From assembly GCF_001194135.2 (NCBI RefSeq), contig NC_069007.1, positions 5,006,832 to 5,054,377 of the forward strand: a DNA stretch of 47,546 nt. The letters are read 5' to 3'. The position numbers and the translations under genes were made by a program. Of this stretch, positions 38,383-47,546 are shown piece after piece. How positions within the stretch are numbered: the first letter of the stretch is position 1; each line of letters opens with the position of its first letter. The notes below the pieces were generated by a model, which saw nothing but the letters and a program-made list of their open reading frames with translations, ran no database searches and was not told the origin of the DNA. This stretch comes from Octopus bimaculoides. Lineage: Eukaryota.

Positions 38383-38591
38383 ACGTATGTATATGGATGG
38401 ATGGATGGATATTTATACAATGTGGAATAAACAGGCTTTAATTACAAATTACAATATTTCTTTCTGTGCAATGTTGTTAGGTATGTGTACGTGTTTGTAA
38501 ACATGTGCAGGAGTGATTGTGTGGTAAGAAGTTTGCTTCTCAGGCACGTGTTTCGGGTTCACTCTCACTACCTGGCAGCTTAGGCAAATGT

Positions 38592-38640
<49 letters not shown>

Positions 38641-39066
38641 AATACAAATGATATATGAGTCTATGCGTATATACGTACGTATGTACATACCTACATCTAC
38701 ATGTATATATAGATGCATATCTGGGTACAGGACGTAGCAAAAAAAGCGTGGATAAAATGATAAACGGAATACAGAAAACATATAGAGAACATTTCCTTCA
38801 TCAGCTGCCACCATTCTAAAACTAAGCGTTTCGAAGAGTTAGGGCAGGACGCATTGTTAGAATAGCTCTTCCCACGGACCACAAATTAAATTTAGATTAA
38901 ATTTAATTCAAATCAAATTTGTAACGTGGAGGAATGTAGTGGCGGACAGAAAACAAAACAGGAAAATGAAACAGTGAAAACAAGCAAGAAAGGCTATACG
39001 GCCATATATACATACATACATACAAACATACATACATACATACATACATACATACATACGTATATA

Positions 39067-39961
39067 CAGCATCGTGCAAAAGTCTTCGGCCATTTTAAAC
39101 TATTGTAAATTTCTACTAATTGCCAACCTACAAGTGACTGTTTCTCAGGTAACATGAGTTATTTCGCTTACCTGGAGGTCTTCTGTCAAATTCGCGCTTA
39201 TTAGAAAGCAAAACGATCCACGTTACACGACGGAAACCGTGAAGTTTGAGTATTAGCTTCTGATGCTTTGGGAATACATAAAAAGTGATGGTTGAAGAAA
39301 ATTGGTTTGAAATTGTCTGTAACTTGAATAGCGCCAAATACATCCAGTTGCTGAAGGACAATTTGATACAAGACTCGGATGAAGGTGAAGTTATTCAGCC
39401 ACAGATCGCGTACAACGCAACAGAGTCTGGCTGATGAAGGTGTTACCTTATTGAAAGATTGGCCAGCTCAGGGCCCAGACTTAAATATCATCGAGCAAAT
39501 GTGGACAGAACTAAAGAGGAGAGTTTGTCAGAAGAATCCACGCAATCTTGAAGAGTTGTGAGAACTCAACCACAGAGAATAACATCTCATACCTGTGAAG
39601 ATGGTGAAGGATTTGTACGCATCTCTTCCCAGGCACATTGAAGCAATTATTCAAGCTAAGGGAAGCCACATAAAATATTAACAATGTACAGTAACTTCTT
39701 GAAATGAACATTATGTAATGAATTTTCATTATAGACATTTTTCTGTTTTAAAACGCTGTATCTTGATTGCTTTATGTGAGGTGGCCGAAAAGATTTTCAC
39801 GGCCAATTTTGGAGGTTGTCTCACATTTTCCCCTCAGTCAGAACCCCAACTACAAAATATAATGATTAGCCATAGAAATGACTCCAACATTCACTTATAA
39901 GTAAGCAATTAGAAATTTACAATAGTTTAAAATGACCGAAGACTTTTGTTGCACGGTACTG
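39067..39961 (+). mobile_element. Internally deleted Tc1-like (DD34E) transposon
   Basis: ~55-bp TIRs (cagcatcgtgcaaaagtcttcggccattttaaactattgtaaatttcta and its inverse) are flanked by TA. The transposase C-terminus reads LKDWPAQGPDLNIIEQMWTELKRRV..NPRNLEEL and SLPRHIEAIIQAKGSHIKY*. Confidence 0.92.
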
Positions 39962-40332
39962 TATATGTATGTATTCGTGTGTCGGTGTTTCTTCTCCCAC
40001 CATCGCTTGATAACTGATCTTGGTGTGTTTATGTCCTTGTAAGCTAGCGGTTCGGCAAAAAAAAAACCCATAGAATAAGTACTAAACTTACAAAGAATAA
40101 GTTCGGTGGGGTCGATTACGGAAGAAAGCAGTTCAAGAAAAAAAAAAGAATAAAGAGTTGATAAAGGGAAGGAAAAAAGAGAACAAAGAAATGAGTTAAA
40201 GAAATATAGGAAAAGATTTTGTGAATCGAAAGGAACAAAAACTAGGGATCGAACAAGTGAACGAAAGAACGCGGTAAACGTGAAGGAATACAAATGAGAG
40301 AAGTTGGAGCAACAAAATATAGTTGAACCTAC

Positions 40333-40480
40333 CAGCGTTGTATTGTTGTGACGTTCTCCTTACTTCAGTGTTGTTGTTGTTATAGTTGCTGCTGTCGTCT
40401 GCCATGATAGTGTCGTTCTGTGGCAGTGATGCATTGGCTGTCATGCTGTTTTGATTCCTGTACGTAAGTCCTTCCTCCAT
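40333..40480 (-). CDS. Candidate coding exon (MEEGLTYRNQNSMTANASLPQNDTIMADDSSNYNNNNTEVRRTSQQYNA-G)
   Basis: An open frame from ATG at 40480 (open upstream to about 40552) ends at a phase-1 donor G|gtaggt and carries three N-x-S/T sequons. The region is also degenerate CAA/CAC triplet sequence with all frames fairly open, so it may be non-coding. Confidence 0.35.
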
Positions 40481-40734
40481 CTGTCCGTCCGGATGCTTTG
40501 GTTGAGTTGATGATGTACGATAGTAGCGTTGGTGTGGTGATGGTAGTAAAAGTTAGTGGTGCTGGGCTGCTGGTGATGATGCTCTTTACACAGCCGCCAT
40601 GTCTATATACACTCCACAGAGGAGATTAGTGTATGTAATAGTGATCAGTGTATAAGATTGTATTGCTTATATGCATGCTGTGTAGATGTTATGTTATGCA
40701 TAGAAAGCTCAAAGGATGTATAGAAAGATACACA

Positions 40735-41168
40735 TATATAAATAGATATAGATAGACCGAGAAATATAGATAGCTGACTAGACTGATAGATAGATAGATA
40801 GATAGATAGATATATGGATAGATAGATAGATATATGGATAGATAGATAGATATATGGATAGATAGATAGATAGATAGATAGATATATGGATAGATAGATA
40901 GATATATGGATAGATAGATAGATATATGGATAGATAGATAGATAGATAGATAGNNNNNNNNNNNNNNNNNNNNNNNNNNNNNNNNNNNNNNNNNNNNNNN
41001 NNNNNNNNNNNNNNNNNNNNNNNNNNNNNNNNNNNNNNNNNNNNNNNNNNNNNNNNNNNNNNNNNNNNNNNNNNNNNNNNNNNNNNNNNNNNNNNNNNNN
41101 NNNNNNNNNNNNNNNNNNNNNNNNNNNNNNNNNNNNNNNNNNNNNNNNTAGGTAGATAGATTGGTAGG

Positions 41169-41200
<32 letters not shown>

Positions 41201-41280
41201 GGAATAGATAAATAGATAGATAGATGAATAAATAGATAGCTAAACTAATAGATAAACCGATAGATAAATAGGTATATAAT
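40735..41280. repeat. (GATA)n with higher-order gatagatagatatatg units, spanning an N gap; another (GATA)n at 13812-13888
   Basis: Direct reading. Confidence 0.92.
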
Positions 41281-42007
41281 GTCCCTTCAAAATAGGACCC
41301 GTCGTCAAATATAATTGATATAGCAAAACTACCAGTAACTTGAATCTACTACAGTGTGAATTGAAACAGTGTCGTAATCAGAACAACTGGAGAGGTGTGA
41401 CGAGAGAAGATATTAACAAGAAGGATAATGTAAGCAAATGGTTAGATCGGTTAGTTAGATAACCTGGAAGGGTTAGACAGTGTGAGCAACGAAAGCGGAA
41501 ACGGAAATAGGAATTACGATGTTTATAATGTAACGTTTATCGTTATTAAAACCACAGAGATTGAGTATCATTTTTCCCGCCTATTTTTAACGTTGCACGC
41601 AGAAAGGAAGCGATGTTGCAATAAAGAGAGCGAATGATCGTGTGTAGTGAGGGTACCGTAGCTGCATGTAGAGTCGGTGAGTGACACCTGAAAAATAAAG
41701 AAAGAAAAAATAATAAATATACAAGTGTGTGTCCGGGCGCGCCTATCTGTGTGTGCTTGTGTGTGTGCGTTTATACAAGACGAAGCAAAAAAGAAACAAC
41801 AATAAACTCTAACATTTTTCAGGTTCACACACGTAGCAACAGCAAATGCACAATGTGCAGCGGTCCAAACCACGATGGTAGCTGGAGTAAAAAATTATAC
41901 AACATGAGCTACAGAAAGACGCCATTTTCAGCTGTCTGACGTTAGTAGCTCTACATCAACAAACCCGTAGACTGAGCTTCTTCTGATGCTAAATATTACA
42001 CCGCGCG

Positions 42008-42064
<57 letters not shown>

Positions 42065-42143
42065 TGGGTTATATACTAATGGCTAAGACTTCTGATATGT
42101 TGTCAGACATTCTACGTTTCCTTTCGTAGTTAAAAAGGCTCAC

Positions 42144-42145
<2 letters not shown>

Positions 42146-42179
<34 letters not shown>

Positions 42180-42506
42180 TACTACTATTATCATTCAGTA
42201 GTCTTATTTTTATTACGTGCTTTCACGTTGTCTTCTGCTGGATTTGATACATCAGTTAGAAAGCATTTTTTTCATGATGATCTCTGACAACTATATCCGG
42301 CCTATTGGCTTTAATTTCTCTATCTGTGTGTATTGGCATATCCCATAGTATGGTTGCTTTCTTATTTTCTGTGACCTTTTTCTGGTGTGTGCTTATACCA
42401 TCTTTTTCCCATAGTGTTGGCATAGCTTCCAGTGTATGTAGGTCCCAACTCTGTCGTGTCTGTGAATATATTCCTTCTTAGCCAGGGCTGGGCAGCCAGA
42501 GATAAT
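42146..42506 (-). mobile_element. R4/Dong-clade non-LTR retrotransposon 3' fragment ending in (TAA)n
   Basis: IISGCPALAKKEYIHRHDRVGTYIHWKLCQHYG, then (frameshift) YKHTPEKVTENKKATILWDMPIHTDREIKANRPDIVVRD..CFLTDVSNP. This is the zinc knuckle plus restriction-like endonuclease region, followed by a TAA repeat. Confidence 0.85.
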
Positions 42507-42794
42507 AGCTTCCCCTTTTGCCCCCCCCCCTTAGTCACTTGTCTACATCTTTGCTAACTGTTCTCAACGCCCCAATTATTATAGGAAAAACTTTGACTGT
42601 TCGCATGCAGCAAATTCTTCTTATTTGAAATTTTGAGTGATTGCATTTTTTTTTTACTTCCTCTTTCTTTACGACCCTAGAATCAAACGGACATGATGGA
42701 TCGATAAGTAAGCAGCTTCACTTTTCCTTATCTATAATTGCTATTTCTGGTCTATTATTTTCTAACTTCCGGTCCGTTAGAATTATTATTATTA

Positions 42795-43430
42795 AGGCGG
42801 CGAGCTGGCGGAATCGTTAGCACGCCGAACGACATGTCATCTACCTCTACTCACTGAGTTCAAATTCCACCGAGGTCGACTTTGCTTTTCATCCTTTTGG
42901 AGTAATTAAATTAAGTACCAGGGAAACACTGGGGTCGATGTAATCGACTAGTCCCCTCCCGCCAAATTTCAGGCCTTGTACCTTTAGTAGAAAGGATTAT
43001 TATTATTACTGAGGCAGTGAGCTAGCAGAATCGTTAGCATGTCGGGCAAAATGTTTAACAGTATTTCGCCAGTCTTTACGTTCTGAGTTCGACTTTACCT
43101 TTCATCCTTTCGAGGTCGATGAAATAAGTACCAACAGGGGTCGATGTAATTAACTAGCCCCCTCCCCCCAGATTTCAAGCCTTGTGGCTATAGTAGAATG
43201 GATTTTTATTACTGTTATTATTATTATTATGGTGGTGAGCTGACAGAATCGTTAGTACGCCAGATAAAATGCTTAGTATTCTTATTCTTCTAGCTTTACG
43301 TTCTGAGTTCAAATTCTGCCGAGGTCGACTTTACCTTTCATTCTTTCGAGGTCGAGTGTTAAAGTAAATTACTAGCCATGTACTGGGTTCGATATGATCG
43401 ATTGCTCACGTTCCCCACAAAATTGCAGAA
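42795..43430 (+). mobile_element. Three tandem family B SINEs separated by (ATT)n
   Basis: Heads at about 42796, 43015 and 43232; tails aggccttgt...tagtagaa(a/t)ggatt. Confidence 0.85.
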
Positions 43431-43474
43431 TTCTTGCGAAACTTTGAAGTAATTATTACACCGTGTAACAAATT

Positions 43475-44110
43475 TTTTGTGTTTCCTAATTGCTTGTATC
43501 GTGAAATCGAAGCAATTAACTACTGTTCCCTTCAAACTTTGCTTTCCTCACCTGGACATCAATATTTTGAAACTGACCTATTTTCCATTACATTTCAGAT
43601 TCAGCTCTGAGTTGCTGAAGCAGAAATATCGTTAGAGCAAATATTCTGCTCAATACTCCAGATTTGCTTCTTGCCTTTGGTCAGTAACTGTTATTTCCTG
43701 TTTGCTTCTATCTAGAAATCAAAGGAAATCATTACCATTCCCCTCAAACTTTGCTTTTGTAACCTAGACTTCAATGTTTTCAAACTGACCTATTTTCCAT
43801 TACATTTCAAACAGATTCAGCACTGAGTTGCTGAAGCAGAAATATCGTTAGAACAAATATTTTGCCCAATACCACAGTTCTGCTGGTCAGTTGCTTGACC
43901 TTAACCACTTGAGTATGTCCCTTAGTGGCTGACAATATGTGCATCTCTGATCACGAGCAGGAGTAATGGGGGAGCATCATGGCCATCTGTTGAGAGGGAT
44001 TCTTTTGGGCTTGAATGAATGTAAGAAAAGCAAAGTTTGAAAGAAATATTGACCATTTTCATACTTCCTAGTAGTAAGCAAATCAGAAATAACAGTTGCT
44101 ACCCAGGGAC
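43475..44110. repeat. ~210-bp tandem duplication plus an inverted ~90-bp copy
   Basis: tcaaactttgcttt...aactgacctattttccattacatttc...gagttgctgaagcagaaatatcgttag occurs twice (about 43530-43670 and 43742-43885). 44022-44110 is a diverged reverse complement of about 43672-43760. Confidence 0.7.
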
Positions 44111-45161
44111 AAAAATCATATTACACAGTGTTATTAGTTGTAGGGTGATAGACTAGCAGAATCCTAAGGAAGTCATGTGATCTATCTTCTGGCATTCTAC
44201 ATAATGAATTCAAATCTCGCCTGGGTCACCTTCGTCTTTCATTTGTTTGGGGGTCGATAAAATGAATCTAAGTAATTGGCTGCACACCATCGAATTTCTG
44301 ACTGTGTCCTAATTTAGAAACAATTATAAGGCGATGTGTGTGTGTACCCGTCGTACACACACACACACATATACACACACATACACACAAACACACACAT
44401 ACACACACACACACACACACGACGGGCTTCTTTCAGTTTCCGTCTACCAAATAAGGATTTGGTCGCCCCGAGGCTATAGTAGATTCTTGCTCAAAGTGCT
44501 GTGTAGTGGGACACACCTCGGAACCATGTGGTTGGGAAGCCAACTTTTTACTTCACAGTGACCCCTGCGCGTATGTGTGTATATGTATTGTGTGTGTGTG
44601 TGTCTTTTGTTCACTGCCAGCGCTTGACAACCGTTGTTGGTTTGTTTACGTCCTTGTAATTTAGCGGATTAACAAAAGAGACTCAATAGAATAAGTACTA
44701 AACTTTAAAAAAAGAAGTACTGGGGTGGACTTGTTCGATTAAGACCTTCCAACGTAGTACCCCACTATGACCGCAGTCCAGTGACTGAAACAAGTAAAAA
44801 GACAAAAGATGTAGAAAGAAAGATTCCTGATGGATTCGAACACCGCATCGTCTGTGGACTATATAGCTGTGTTAGCCACAACACAAAAGGGTCATCGCTT
44901 AATTTAGTAGATTTACGCTAAGTAGCTGCAAGGATAAATTTGTAACCTGTCAATACGATTCCCGGTGCGCATACTATCCAAGAAGTATACTGACGGATGC
45001 ACAGCCTGGCCACAAATACGCATAGTGTATATAAAATGTGCGTGCGTATATTTTCGTGTGTAAATATGAATGTGTGTATGTCTCTGTATGTGAATCTGTG
45101 TATGTGTGGGTGTAAAGAGAGAGGAGATCCAAACGAAACAGCATATATATTTATATATTTT

Positions 45162-45808
45162 GGATCTTGTTCAAAACGGGGGCACCAGTATTTTCTTAAC
45201 GAAGCACTTTGAAACTTGGGACACTGGTAGAATGTGTCATATAAAACATCTTTTTCTCTTAGTCTTCTTAACAAAAAAACGTACATCGCAAGTTATTTCA
45301 TGTTAAAGTTGTCGTATTTCTGTAATTTCAACCAATGACTGACGTCCATTCAGCCGTAAAAATTAAGTGCTGACTACGTAAACAAACGATTCGCGGCGGT
45401 GATAAAATTATTATTTCCTTGTCAAAAAATGGCTGAAGCATATTGGCAGTAGCTAATAAACCTTTCTATTATAGGCACAAGGCATGGTTTTTAAGGGAAG
45501 GAGCAAGTCGGTTAGGGTTACGGAAAACGAACACACGTGTGTTGCCTCTGCAAAATGTCAGAAGTAATGGAGATTAAATACGCTATACACCGCTTAGGAG
45601 TAACTGTAAACAGCTGAATACTTGTCAGTGATTGGTTGAAATTATCGAAATAAGACAATTTTTTACATGAAATAAATCCGAATACAAAAATTTGTTTCTG
45701 TTCTATAACACAAAATAGATAAGTATACGAAGTTTGAAAGTCTTTCGGTACCAAAAACACTACATAAAACATTAATGAAAACTGGTGCCCCCGTTTTGAA
45801 CAAGATCC
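45162..45808. mobile_element. 647-bp non-autonomous DNA transposon (Merlin-like MITE)
   Basis: Perfect 28-bp TIRs ggatcttgttcaaaacgggggcaccagt (45162-45189 and 45781-45808) with an exact 8-bp TSD tatatttt. GG termini. Confidence 0.8.
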
Positions 45809-46480
45809 TATATTTTTAATGTGAAACTTATATTTCAGACATCTTTCAAAATGTCAGCTTAACTTCTTACGTAAGACGTTCTTAAAGGAAGCAGAGTAAT
45901 GACTGGAAGCTAATATAATAAAGTTAGGTTAATACAAAATGAACGAGACGCGACGAAACGAACGCAGTAAATTGTAAAGACAGAATTCTGTCTTCACAGC
46001 ATAATAAAAACTTTTAAAATGTGTTTTTCTGAGCTAACAACGAACTGTCTCAGGAGTATTAAGTCGATAATAGAGATAATAGACATATATGTGATAAATA
46101 TACGTGTGTGAGTGCGTGTTTTTTTGGGGTTTTTTTTCTGAGACAACAAATAAGTGCAGCAGAACTGAATGCATGAATATATAGGATTTTTATTTCCTAA
46201 TTGGACTCCAGGGCCGATAAATTCGTTCATAAGGACTTCAGGGCCGAGAAATTCGTTCAGAGTATATTTATTAGCAGGGCAATTTATCCTGTCTACCTAC
46301 CTCTCTATCTACCTACCTATTTATCAGTCAGTGTGTGTGTGTGTGTGTGTGTGTGTCTATGTATACTCTTTTATTCGTGTTCGTCTAAAGCTGGAGCACC
46401 GCTTTAGACGAACAAATCGACCCCAGGACTTATTCTTTGTAAGCCTAGTACTTATTCTCTCAGACTCTTTTGCCGAACCG

Positions 46481-46778
46481 CTGAGCACTCCACAGACACG
46501 TGTACCCTTAACGTAGTTCTCGGGGGATATTCAGCGTGACACAGAGTGTGACAAGGCTGACCCTTTGAATTACAGGCACAACAGAAACATGAAGTAAGAG
46601 TGAGAGAAAGTTGTGGTGGAAGAGTACAGCAGGGTTCGCCACCATCCCCTGCCGGAGCCTCGTGGAGCTTTAGGTGTTTTCGCTCAATAAACACTCACAA
46701 CGCCCGGTATGGGAATCGAAACCTCGATCCTATGACCGCGAGTCCACTGCCCTAACCACTGGGCCATTGCGCCTCCAC
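46481..46778 (-). mobile_element. 3'-truncated SINE family A fused to a family D tail (about 46350-46480)
   Basis: Junction ttttgccgaaccgct|gagcactccacag, where gct is shared by both families. Confidence 0.85.
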
Positions 46779-47099
46779 CGTCATTGAGGTTAACTCCTCC
46801 ATATACATAGTATTGGATGGCCGTTGACTTTTACGAGTTTCTGCTCCTTTTGACGGGTTTTATTTTTCCTCTCGCACCACCGCCCTAACCAAGCAAACTT
46901 GGTGCGCATGCTGGTTTAGTCACCGTCGACCTAGCCATGCAACAGGTTGTGTTGGGTTACATGTTGCCAGTAGCACTCGATAGTGACCGGACATATATAA
47001 GTCAATGAAATTCCAGCTTAATCTGGTTCTTACATTTTATTTTTGTGTTTTGTTTTTTTCGTATATTACGTATGATGATGAGACAATTATTTTCACATT

Positions 47100-47380
47100 T
47101 GGCCGGACAAAATTCCAAACAGAATCCTGTGGAATAGAACGAATCAAACGTCCATCAATCAAGAAATTGTAAAGCGGAAATGGGATTGGATCAGTCACAC
47201 TCTAAGGATTCCTCGAAGCAGCATTGCAATACAAGTGTTATACGGGCAACCAGAAGGAAAGAGGAAAGTTGGACGACCTAAGAAGACCTGAGCACTCTAC
47301 CCTAACGACTCGCCCAGGAGCTGTGGACAGAGGAGATGGATGGACGGCTAACATTGCTGCAAAGTCCCTTCTGAATTTAT
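47100..47380 (+). mobile_element. RTE-clade LINE 3' fragment
   Basis: NRILWNRTNQTSINQEIVKRKWDWISHTLRIPRSSIAIQVLYGQPEGKRKVGRP matches the RTE C-terminal W.GH.LR...GKR..GRP motif. Confidence 0.8.
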
Positions 47381-47546
47381 TCAGCCCGCGATGTACGATA
47401 TAAATTTTTTTTTAAGTGTAAATCCGATACGTAGTTAATCACTATTTTATAAAGTAGAAAAAGCAAGAGAAGAATTACTTCTTTGTTTACCGTAAAAATT
47501 GAAAAAATACCCTCAAAATGTGATCATTTCAAAAATGTGATGAAAC

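Noticed and set aside
97-38500. Many ORFs rich in Y/I, V/C or H/T dipeptides
   Set aside because: They are translations of (AT)n, (TG)n and (CA)n microsatellites, which lack stop codons in some frames.
41727-41939. Plus-strand ORF with KCTMCSGPNH after a tttttcag acceptor
   Set aside because: No domain match and no supporting plus-strand exons; the region is equally readable on the minus strand.

Overview
AT-rich eukaryotic DNA from a gapped draft assembly with seven N runs. The SINE families, microsatellite load and tRNA-Arg-like SINE heads look like an octopus genome; this is inferred from pattern, not from a database match. The window is mostly intron or intergenic sequence packed with microsatellites, at least five SINE-like families, and decayed DNA transposons (FLYWCH-MULE, Tc1, mariner, maT-like, a Merlin-like MITE) plus RTE and R4/Dong LINE fragments. 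Only one host coding exon is well supported: a 141-bp phase-1/phase-1 EGF-like exon on the minus strand (6095-6235). A few weaker exon candidates also lie on that strand. Nearly all ORFs in the supplied track are microsatellite, N-gap or SINE read-through artefacts. I see no convincing new biological system. The best observations are a three-layer nested SINE/MULE/SINE insertion with readable target-site duplications (TSDs), a 5'-truncated tRNA-Asp fused between SINE heads, a Merlin-like MITE, head-to-tail SINE arrays, an inverted young-SINE pair that could be an ADAR substrate, a twin-priming-like SINE inversion and an unexplained perfect 32-bp palindrome. Family labels A-F are my own.
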